From: an uncultured Candidatus Rokubacteria bacterium
GTDB taxonomy: Bacteria > Methylomirabilota > Methylomirabilia > Rokubacteriales > DASRDR01
DNA length: 64,000 nt
Reading direction: 5' to 3'
Assembly: GCA_963805625.1 (NCBI GenBank)
Contig: CAWDVE010000012.1
Coordinates: 32,001 to 96,000 of the forward strand
Notes under the pieces: model-generated
Told to the model about the DNA's origin: nothing
Database searches by the model: none
Seen by the model: the letters and a program-made list of their open reading frames with translations, nothing else
Position numbers and translations under genes: made by a program
In this document: positions 55,851-64,000 of the stretch, one piece after another
Layout of the letters: each line of letters opens with the position of its first letter
Numbering within the stretch: position 1 is the stretch's first letter

Positions 55851-56996
55851 GTGACACTCCGCGCGCTATTTCCATTCGGATGCAACAACGTGCGTGTCGG
55901 CCATATCCTCTTTTCCTTGGTGCGACACTTATCCGAGACCGATCTGCGGGCCGAGCTGTGGGTGATGCGGCGAGGGCCGCGGGTGCGCGCGACGTGTGTC
56001 CGCACGGCAATTCCAAGCAAGGTGGTTTCGGTGATCGAGCGTGCGAACAGGGTGATTCAGCCGCGGCTGAACTGGGCGCGCACGATCCTAGAGCATCGAT
56101 ACGCCGCCGCCTTCCAGCCGGGAGATGTGGCGTACGTGTACCGGGGGTGCTCGCTCGAGCTAATGCGTGCGCTGCAGGCCCGGGGCCATCCGGTCTTCCT
56201 CGAGCGCGCGATCATCATGGACCACATGGCCAAGCGGATCAGCGACGACGCCTTCACGCGCGCCGGCTGGCCGGTGGAGCCTCTCTTCGCGCAAAGCCGG
56301 CTGGACGCGGAACAGGCACAGGTCGACACCGCGGATTTCATCTTCAGCCCGAGCCCGGCGGTGACGGCCTCGCTGCGGGAGCGGGGGGTACCGGACGAGA
56401 AGATCCTGCAGACGAGCTATGGCTGGGATCCCGAGCGATTCCGGACGACGGCACGGGCGTTGCCGCCGACTGAGGGAGTGACGGTCCTCTTCGTGGGCAG
56501 CATTGAAATCCGGAAGGGCGCCCACCTCTTGCTGGAGGCGTGGAGGCGGGCCGGCATCACCGGCCGCCTCGTGTTGGCCGGCGAGATGGAGCCGTTGATT
56601 GCCAGGTACTGCGGGGAGCACTTGAAACGAAACGACGTGATCCATCTGCCCTTTCATCCCGATCCGGCGCCGGTGTACCGGTCGGCGAACATCTTCGGGT
56701 TTCCCACGCTGGAGGAGGGAAGCCCGCTGGTGAGCTACGAGGCGATCGGGAACGGGCTCCCGGTCGTCACGACGCCCATGGGGGCGGGGGACATCATCCG
56801 GCATCGGCGGGAGGGGCTGGTTGTCGAGCCACACGATCAGGACGCGCTGATCGGGGCGCTGCGGGAGCTGGCGCAGGATGCCGAGAAGCGGCGGGTAATG
56901 GGGGAAGCCGGACGGATTCGGGCGGCCGACTATACGTGGGACAAGGTCGCCCAGCGACGCTACCAACTCATCAAGAGGGCCCTGTCGGGGCTGTGA
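55851..56996 (+). CDS. Glycosyltransferase family 4
   Basis: LFVGSIEIRKG and EEGSPLVSYEA motifs. Start approximate. Confidence 0.88.
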   Translation: MTLRALFPFGCNNVRVGHILFSLVRHLSETDLRAELWVMRRGPRVRATCVRTAIPSKVVSVIERANRVIQPRLNWARTILEHRYAAAFQPGDVAYVYRGCSLELMRALQARGHPVFLERAIIMDHMAKRISDDAFTRAGWPVEPLFAQSRLDAEQAQVDTADFIFSPSPAVTASLRERGVPDEKILQTSYGWDPERFRTTARALPPTEGVTVLFVGSIEIRKGAHLLLEAWRRAGITGRLVLAGEMEPLIARYCGEHLKRNDVIHLPFHPDPAPVYRSANIFGFPTLEEGSPLVSYEAIGNGLPVVTTPMGAGDIIRHRREGLVVEPHDQDALIGALRELAQDAEKRRVMGEAGRIRAADYTWDKVAQRRYQLIKRALSGL

Positions 56997-57116
56997 GCAG
57001 CGTGTCGAACCCATGGCTTCGCGTTCGCACACCGATCACGATACTGCCCCGTCGGCTCAGGTCTCCCGCGTGAGTGTGGGGAACGGGCGACGCTGCTCTG
57101 ATGATCCTTGCCGATT

Positions 57117-58424
57117 AGGGATTGTCACGAAATAAATGTACCAGATAATGGGATCGTGGCTGCTAGGGTATCCCATGGATGGTGGCCGAGCAGGCCATTC
57201 GACGACGGTTCCGGCTGATCGAGCCGCACCTGGACGAGCGGCTGCGCCGGCTGGTGGCCGCGGCGGAAGTCGCGGCCGCGGACAGCGTGTCGGCGGTGGC
57301 CCGGGCCACAGGAGTGTCCCGGCGCGCCATTCGCGCTGGGGTCACGGAGCTGAAGGCCCGTGGCGCAGCGGCCCTGGCCCCGGGGCGGATCCGGCGTCCC
57401 GGAGGCGGGCGCAAGCGCACGGTCGACCAGGATCCGACGTTGGTGACGGACTTGGAAACGCTGATCGAACCCACGACGCGCGGGGATCCGCAGTCCCCGC
57501 TGCGGTGGACCTGCAAGAGCGTCCGGCGCCTGGCCGCCGAGCTGACCCGCCAAGGGCATCGCACGAGCCATCGGATGGTCGCCGCGTTGCTCCAGCAGTT
57601 GGGGTACAGCCTGCAGGCCAATCGGAAGACGATCGAGGGCACCCGGCACCCCGATCGCAATGCCCAGTTCGAGCACATCGCCGCCCGCGTCCAGGCCACG
57701 CTGCGCCAGGGCCAGCCGGCGATCTCTGTCGATACCAAGAAGAAGGAGCTCGTGGGGCCGTTCAAGAATGCCGGTCGCGAATGGCGGGCCCACGGGCAGC
57801 CTCGGCCGGTGCGGGTCCACGACTTCGTGCAGCCGGAGCTGGGGCGCGCCATTCCCTACGGGGTCTACGATCTGGGCGCCAACACCGGCTGGGTCAGTGT
57901 CGGCATCGACCACGACACGGCGGCGTTTGCCGTCGCGAGCATTCGCCACTGGTGGCAGGCCATGGGGCGCCGGGCCTATCCTCACGCCCGGCGGCTGCTG
58001 ATCACGGCCGACGCCGGCGGGAGCAACGGCGCCCGCCGGCGGTTGTGGAAGGTCGAGCTGCAGAAACTGGCGGACCGCCTCCACCTGCCCATCACGGTGT
58101 GTCATTTCCCGCCCGGCACGAGCAAGTGGAACAAGATCGAACACCGCCTGTTCTCCTTCATCACTCAGAACTGGCGCGGCCAGCCCCTGCTCAGTCACGC
58201 GGTCATTGTGAATCTGATCGCGGCCACCACGACCACCACGGGCCTCCGCGTGCGGGCGCGGCTGGACACGACCCGGTATCCCTCGGGCCTCAAGGTCAGT
58301 CGCGCCACCCTGGAGGCCGTCCGCCTGCGGCCCGATCCGTTTCACGGGGACTGGAACTACACGATCCTTCCCACCCAGTCGGCAAAGCGATAGCATCTGG
58401 TCCATTTATTTCGCACCGGGTCCT
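57117..58424. mobile_element. ISAzo13-family insertion sequence
   Basis: Imperfect IRs: cgaaataaatgtaccagat on the left versus the reverse complement cgaaataaatggaccagat on the right. Exact ends uncertain by a few bp. Confidence 0.85.
57179..58393 (+). CDS. ISAzo13 family transposase
   Basis: GDPQSPLRWT.KS, HPDRNAQF, ISVDTKKKE, ADAGGSN, SKWNKIEHRLFS and FHGDWNY motifs. Confidence 0.93.
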   Translation: MVAEQAIRRRFRLIEPHLDERLRRLVAAAEVAAADSVSAVARATGVSRRAIRAGVTELKARGAAALAPGRIRRPGGGRKRTVDQDPTLVTDLETLIEPTTRGDPQSPLRWTCKSVRRLAAELTRQGHRTSHRMVAALLQQLGYSLQANRKTIEGTRHPDRNAQFEHIAARVQATLRQGQPAISVDTKKKELVGPFKNAGREWRAHGQPRPVRVHDFVQPELGRAIPYGVYDLGANTGWVSVGIDHDTAAFAVASIRHWWQAMGRRAYPHARRLLITADAGGSNGARRRLWKVELQKLADRLHLPITVCHFPPGTSKWNKIEHRLFSFITQNWRGQPLLSHAVIVNLIAATTTTTGLRVRARLDTTRYPSGLKVSRATLEAVRLRPDPFHGDWNYTILPTQSAKR

Positions 58425-58434
58425 TAGCTCATGC

Positions 58435-58695
58435 TCACACTGAAAGTCCCGCGTGTGTCAAGAAGCTGAACGCCGGATGGAGTCGCGCCCGCACGCGCCG
58501 TAACCCGTGATGGAGCGGTCGCATGAGGCCACGGCGATCGGGCTCGCACAGGGTTTGGCGCACTCCCCCCTTGACGTTGCCCGGTGCGCTTCGATGGGAT
58601 TGAGTTCGGGGGTGTAGGCGGGCAGTCGTTCGACCGTGAACTCGGCCAAACGGATCACGGCTCCGGCTAGAGTGCCGAGACTGGACCATGCCCAC
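58435..58695 (-). pseudogene. IS630-family transposase remnant
   Basis: ERLPAYTPELNPIE C-terminal DDE motif. The remainder is eroded. Confidence 0.6.
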
Positions 58696-58872
58696 GGTCC
58701 ACGCAGCAGGTCGGCAGGTGCCGGGCCGGCCCGTCGGAACAGACCGCGAGTCTGCAGCCTCCGTCCCCGTTCACCACCGCTGGCGCGCTGCACACCGGTC
58801 GTCTATGCTACCGAGCACGTGAAGACAGTCGACGTCGCGAAGCGCGCGCGACGAGCGGGGTGACGTCTGGGC

Positions 58873-59814
58873 ATGACCGCGAGTCAGGTCGTCTCCGGAA
58901 CGAAGCCAGCCCACATTACCGCGGTCATCTGCCACTACAACCCGACGCGGCACGTCTACCTCCGGTACCTGGTCAGCCTGTGCGTGGCAGCCTTGCGGAG
59001 AGTCCCGGACGAGTTCCTGACGATCCTCGTCTGCGACGGAAGTCCCGAGCCCGACGGTCAGCTGGCCGCGACACTGGACGGCAGCAATGCCCGCTACCTC
59101 CACGCGGGCCGGCCGCTCTCGTTCGGCGGGACGTACAACCTGGGGATCGAGGCGGCTCAGACAGAGTACGTCGTTCTCATTGCCAACGACATTCTCATCT
59201 CCTCGCCCCAGGTACGGCAGCTGGTGATGGAGTTGCGCGATGAGGTGGGCTGTGCGATCCCGTATCTCACGCGCTCCGACTACGCCACCCAGTGCACTCG
59301 GCGGAGCCGCGTCCCGCCCCGCTGCTACCCGGCGTCGATGACCCTCAACGTCAACGCGTTTCGTCGAGACGTCCTCCGCAACGCGGGCAGCGTTCCCGAA
59401 GAGTTGTCCGGTTGCTTCAACGACATGGTGATGTTCCAACGGCTACGCAATCGAGTTTGTCGGATCGCTCTGGTCAATGTCGGGCACGTGGATCACCTGC
59501 GTGCCATAACGCGCCTCATCTCGTCGAACCTGAGCTACGAGCGCGACCTCGCGACCGCCCCCTCTCTAGCGCCTGACCTCTTTCATGGCATCCGGCCCAC
59601 GCAACAGAGGAACACGTGGGCTCGCCTGTACGCGAACGCGGCCCAGCGTCCTCTGTCCCGTCTCTTGTGGCTCTTGGTCGGTCACGTTCCCTGGGAACTC
59701 AGTCAGCACCGCGGACTAGGTTACTTAGCGGCCTGGATCGAACCCTACCTCGCCTGCAAGGCCAACGACTATCGGCGCGCCCTGCTCCGCCGACGCCGAC
59801 GATCCTCCGCCTGA
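58873..59814 (+). CDS. GT2/GT-A-like glycosyltransferase
   Basis: ITAVICHYN, VCDGS, SFGGTYNLG, IANDI and FNDM motifs. Confidence 0.7.
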   Translation: MTASQVVSGTKPAHITAVICHYNPTRHVYLRYLVSLCVAALRRVPDEFLTILVCDGSPEPDGQLAATLDGSNARYLHAGRPLSFGGTYNLGIEAAQTEYVVLIANDILISSPQVRQLVMELRDEVGCAIPYLTRSDYATQCTRRSRVPPRCYPASMTLNVNAFRRDVLRNAGSVPEELSGCFNDMVMFQRLRNRVCRIALVNVGHVDHLRAITRLISSNLSYERDLATAPSLAPDLFHGIRPTQQRNTWARLYANAAQRPLSRLLWLLVGHVPWELSQHRGLGYLAAWIEPYLACKANDYRRALLRRRRRSSA

Positions 59815-60304
59815 TGCCCAGGACAATCACGTGTAACGCATGCGTTGCCGACGAGCTGGCCGTGCCGACCTGGGGCGGAGGCCTCCTCCTCTGCGCGCTC
59901 TGTCCGCCTCGGGCCGTGGAGGTCTGCCTCAGCGCGCAGCCGAATTCGGTGCGGTCCGCGACAGGGCGGCGCCGCATTGCGGGTTGCGCGGCTCGCCGAC
60001 CGAGGTGCCGCCCTCCCTACCGTGCCGGCGATTTCTTCCGCCATCACATGGATCGCGATCTCGCGGAGCGACCTGCCGGCAGGTCTCGTGCACCGGGTCC
60101 GTCAATTCGGGCGCGAAGGTTCGCGGGCCTCCTCCCCTTCCTCTGCCTAGGCGCCGGGACCGAGACTCGATTCGTCAACCTCCTCGCCCCAGACCCCCGC
60201 GCGTGGAAGCTGACACAGAACCACATTCACGGTCCGGACACCGAGAAACCGCGGCTTATTCTCGGACCAGGGGTGACCCGCACGGTCACGGAGGCTTTGC
60301 CGAA

Positions 60305-61375
60305 ATGACGTCGTCAACCAGGAAGACCACTCGGCCTGCCTGGAGGCGGACCCTGAGGGACTACGTCAAACGTCGTCATCCCGGGCTGTGGTCCGCTTAC
60401 CTGACGGACGAGAGCCTGCTCAGGCGAGGCCGGTTCACGCTACAGCAGAAAGTCCTCTACCTCATGATGAAGTACGGCTTCCGACGGAAGGCCTTGGACC
60501 TCCCGCCGGTGCGCTGTTGGCGAGAAGCGCCGGTGGAGGCGCACATCCTGACGTGCCGGAAGGACTTGCTGGATGCGGTTTGGTGTCTGAAGACGTTCCT
60601 GGGGTTCACGCGGCTCCATGTGGACCTCTTCATCCACGAGGACGGCTCCCTCGACCATGCCGCCATCGAAACCTTACAGCGCCACTTCGTCGGGGCGCGG
60701 GTCATCCGGCGGGCAGAGGCCGACGGGATCGCCCGGGGACAGCTCGCACACTATCCGAACAGCCGCCGGTTCAGGTCCGCACGGGCGACCGCGATGAAGT
60801 TGTTCGACTTCCTTTTCGTCGCGCGGCGCGAGAAACTCCTACTTCTGGATTCGGACCTTCTCTTCTTCCGGGACGCCGTCGAAATCCATGAGCTCATCGC
60901 GCAGGATCACGCATTCTACATGCCGGACCGTTTCAATGCCTACGACCACACCGATGAACTCGTGGCGCGCTGTGGTGCAAGGCTACTCCCGAGGGTCAAT
61001 ACCGGTCTCGCATACGTCCCCAAGAGCTTGATCGACTGGGAGGTTATCGAAAGCTTCCTCCAGCTCTACGACGACGCCTTCGGCTATTGGACCGAGCAAA
61101 CGCTGTACGCGCTCCTCATGTCGAAGCACGGCGGCGAGTTCACGATGCTGTCGGACAAGCACCAAATCTCGTTCGCACCGCTCGACAGCGAGACCGTGAG
61201 CCATCACTTCGTCGACGACGGGTCGCGGGGGCGCCTCTACACACACGGCCTGCGGAGGATCAGGTCGCAGTACCATGAACTGTGGGCGGCTTGCCAACAG
61301 CTCGGAGCACCGACCGCCAGGCTGGGTGAAGGAGACGCGCTATCGCTCCCGCCGTCCCAGAAGGACGGCTCATAG
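60305..61375 (+). CDS. GT-A-fold (nucleotide-diphospho-sugar transferase-like) protein
   Basis: HEDGSL, KLFD, LLDSDLLFF, NTGL and EQTLYA motifs. Confidence 0.65.
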   Translation: MTSSTRKTTRPAWRRTLRDYVKRRHPGLWSAYLTDESLLRRGRFTLQQKVLYLMMKYGFRRKALDLPPVRCWREAPVEAHILTCRKDLLDAVWCLKTFLGFTRLHVDLFIHEDGSLDHAAIETLQRHFVGARVIRRAEADGIARGQLAHYPNSRRFRSARATAMKLFDFLFVARREKLLLLDSDLLFFRDAVEIHELIAQDHAFYMPDRFNAYDHTDELVARCGARLLPRVNTGLAYVPKSLIDWEVIESFLQLYDDAFGYWTEQTLYALLMSKHGGEFTMLSDKHQISFAPLDSETVSHHFVDDGSRGRLYTHGLRRIRSQYHELWAACQQLGAPTARLGEGDALSLPPSQKDGS

Positions 61376-62348
61376 GTCCTGTCTCTCACATATAGTTACA
61401 ATGAACACTGGTCATCCTTCAGATCGTCCTGGGGGCGGCCGCGGGGCAATCGACCAACGGGCTGGCCAAGGCGCTGGGGGAGTGGCCGGCCTGTTGAAGG
61501 ATGCGCCGCGCCCGGGGCGGCGTAAGCGGATCGGGTCGGAGAAGATGGACGTCATCGTGAATGCCACGCTGCACACGACCCCGCGGGACGCCGCCCACTG
61601 GAGCGTGCGGTCAATGGCCCAGGCCTAGCGAGTGAGTCCGGCGACGGTGCACCGGATCTGGCAGGCCGCCAACCTGCAGCCGCATCGCACGAGGGCCTTC
61701 ACTCTGAGTCGGGACCCGTACTTCGTCCGCAAGCTGCGGGACGCGCTCGGCCTCTACATGAATCCCCCCGCCAAGGCGTTGGTGTTGAGCGTCGACGAGA
61801 AGAGCCAGATCCAGGCCCTCGATCACACCCAGCCGATCCGGCCGTTGCGGCCGGGGCGGCCGGCGCGGCAGACCCATGACGACACGCGCCACGGCACGAC
61901 GACACTGTTCGCCGCCCTCAATGTCCTGGAGGGGCACGGGATCGAAGCGTGCCAGCCCCGCCACACGCACGCCGAGTTCCTCGTCTTCTTGGACAAGATC
62001 GATCGGGAGACGTCGCGCCGGCGGGACATCCATCTCATTCTGGACAACTGCCGCACGCACACGCACCCAACCGTGAAGACCTGGATGGGCGAGCACCCGC
62101 GGTTTCACGTCCACTTCACCCCCACCGGGGCGTCGTGGCTGAACCTCGTCGAGCGCTTCTTCGCCGAGATCACGCGCAAACGAATCCGGCGCGGGAACTT
62201 CCGCAGCGTCCCGGCCCTCGTCGCCGCGATTCGCACGTACATACGGGAGCACAACAAACATCCGCGTCCCTTCATCTGGACGGCGACGGCGACCGCTATC
62301 TTGCGTAAGATCAAGCATTGTAAACAAACGTTAGAGACAGGACACTAG
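61373..62348 (+). mobile_element. Degenerate IS630-family element (in-frame TAG at 61626-61628, truncated 5' part)
   Basis: DAPRPGR..HWSVRSMAQA*RVSPATVHRIW, VDEKSQIQALD, LILDN and SWLNLVERFF motifs. Imperfect IRs taggtcctgtctct / agagacaggacacta. Confidence 0.85.
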
Positions 62349-62622
62349 AGCTGAAGGCCACTGGCGACCTGCTTCGCGGTGACGATCGGACCGTGCTGGG
62401 TGAGCAGGCGGATATCCGCGCCGAGGCGGAGCCGTGACGTCACGCCCGCCGCCACGTTCCGCTCTTGCTCGTGACGTGCTCTCGAGTTGCGCGACGCGCT
62501 GACCACGGTGCGCCGCGGCCCCCCGCACCGGCCGGCCGGGGAGCCGCCCAGGACGAGCGCGCGGGACGTGCGCTGACCAGGGCGTGCTCGCGGCCCCTGC
62601 GTTCTCTCGGGTCTGTCACCCG

Positions 62623-63999
62623 TCATAGCCCCAAATCGATCGGCAAGTACTGGCCCAGATAAAACACCACCGATAGCGCCGGCAAGGCTAGACCCGTGCC
62701 TACGCCGAACCGGTAAAGGATCCGACGCCCTCGCTCACGGCACTCTTCCAATCCCTGCGCATACATCACGGCGCAAGGAACAAGCATCGGCAGAATGAAT
62801 CGCACATCCTGAGCAACTCCCCACTTTGTGCGAACCGTGAGAGCCACCAGGGCCACCATAGGAATAACGATGGCCAACACGACTGGCACCCCAACTCTCC
62901 GCCGCTGGCATGCCATCACGCCGAACAGCGCTAGCATGCCCGCCTCCACGAGAAGCACGCAGCCAATCACGGATGCTAGCCAAACATGTCGAAACGTGAA
63001 CTCCCCAAATAGCGTGGTCCGCAGGAAATAGTTGAGAAACGGCATGCCCGGCGGCGCTGCGCCCTTCCAGCGCACAAACGGCCACTCCAAGTACTCATGT
63101 AGATCGAATGTCACGTAGTGCCGAACTCCGAACGGGATGCGCCCCGACTCGCCGAAGTGCACCCCGGCACTGAGAGGCGCTCCGGTCATGTATTCGTAGA
63201 TCAGCCGCGACATGTTCAGCAGGGCGCAGGCCATCAAGACGCAGGCGCTGATGACGAGAGGACGCTGGACAAAGTATCCCACGGTGAATCTGCCGGCCAG
63301 CATGCCGGATGCCACGGTGCCGGCGATTATCGCGCCCAGGACCACCGCGTTCGACTTGACCAGAAGGGCCACCCCGAACAGAAAGACCGACCATGCCAGG
63401 CATTCCGGTCGTCGGCGACGATACCATCGTTCCAGATAGTAGAAGGAGGCCCCCCAGGCCGCATAGAGCGCGATGTCATTCGTGATTCGGGTCGCCATCA
63501 AGACGGAAACCGGCCAGAATAGCAGCTGTATCACGCCGACATGGTAGGCGAGCCGACGGGTGTCGACACCGTCCTTCAACGTGCGAAGTCCGTAGATCAG
63601 AAACATCGAATACAGCACCCACGCCAACAGGCGAATGGCGGTCAGCGGGTTCAGTTGCGGGAAGGCGCTTGCGGCAGCGTACACCCGCCCCGCGATAAAG
63701 TAGTAGAACGGAGGCTGAAAATGCTCCCACCCGCGGTACTGGAACGGTTCGCGCCACCGGTCCACCATGTGTTTGATGTACGCGATGTGGCCCGGCAAGT
63801 CGTTGGTATAGGCCAGGTTTGGATGAAAGCGCAGCCAATACATGAAATAGGCGGCTGCCACCACCATGGCGATCCGTGTCGTCCGAGGGAAGCCAAGCCT
63901 CCGCAACACCGTCTCCATGGCCCAGACCGCCAGAGCGAAAAGACCCAGACAGGCCAGCGTCGAGCCCCAATGGCCGCCCAGCAAGACGGGCCCACCCAT
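62623..63999 (-). CDS. GT-C (ArnT/PMT GT39-like) membrane glycosyltransferase, probably 5'-partial
   Basis: ND..GH..YI, FQPPFYY, ITND, K.N and RFILP motifs, multi-pass. Confidence 0.7.
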   Translation of the reverse strand: MGGPVLLGGHWGSTLACLGLFALAVWAMETVLRRLGFPRTTRIAMVVAAAYFMYWLRFHPNLAYTNDLPGHIAYIKHMVDRWREPFQYRGWEHFQPPFYYFIAGRVYAAASAFPQLNPLTAIRLLAWVLYSMFLIYGLRTLKDGVDTRRLAYHVGVIQLLFWPVSVLMATRITNDIALYAAWGASFYYLERWYRRRRPECLAWSVFLFGVALLVKSNAVVLGAIIAGTVASGMLAGRFTVGYFVQRPLVISACVLMACALLNMSRLIYEYMTGAPLSAGVHFGESGRIPFGVRHYVTFDLHEYLEWPFVRWKGAAPPGMPFLNYFLRTTLFGEFTFRHVWLASVIGCVLLVEAGMLALFGVMACQRRRVGVPVVLAIVIPMVALVALTVRTKWGVAQDVRFILPMLVPCAVMYAQGLEECRERGRRILYRFGVGTGLALPALSVVFYLGQYLPIDLGL

Positions 64000-64000
64000 G

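Noticed and set aside
61626-61628. Programmed read-through or pyrrolysine at the in-frame TAG of the IS630 transposase
   Set aside because: The element is also 5'-truncated and degenerate, so a nonsense mutation (likely CAG>TAG) is more parsimonious.
168-63995. Numerous long Arg/Pro/Ala-rich overlapping ORFs (for example 9484-10893, 27690-29444, 28742-30445, 41290-42444)
   Set aside because: These are alternative-frame or antisense shadows typical of high-GC DNA, overlapping better-supported genes.

Overview
High-GC bacterial window dominated by cell-surface glycan genes: Wzm/Wzt ABC exporter, Wzx flippase, O-antigen-ligase-like and several GT-C membrane proteins, GT2/GT4/GT11-like transferases, many SAM methyltransferases and AsnB. 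It also holds four IS elements or remnants (IS630 family, ISAzo13) and a decayed wecA/mraY-like gene. Embedded at about 37.4-50.3 kb is an apparent RiPP (modified peptide) gene cluster that does not fit a class I recognise. It starts with a stand-alone PqqD/RRE, followed by an unannotated 48-aa precursor (41320-41466, MDQQATARYERPSITVMDEEELLKVFQMTAAEISVASCWWNACPTGCP) with a lasso-type YxxPxI leader motif and a Cys/Trp-rich C-terminus. A strong hairpin follows, then four ferritin-like (DUF455-type diiron) paralogues, an HPr-kinase-like protein, an S24/S26 peptidase, two Fe(II)/2OG oxygenases, a glutaminase-dead asparagine-synthetase-like ligase and a methyltransferase. A nucleotidyltransferase and ABC exporter are divergent, and a di-heme peroxidase is convergent. 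No lasso B2 protease, radical SAM or YcaO gene is visible. All family calls come from motif recognition by eye; no database searches were run, and many start codons are approximate.
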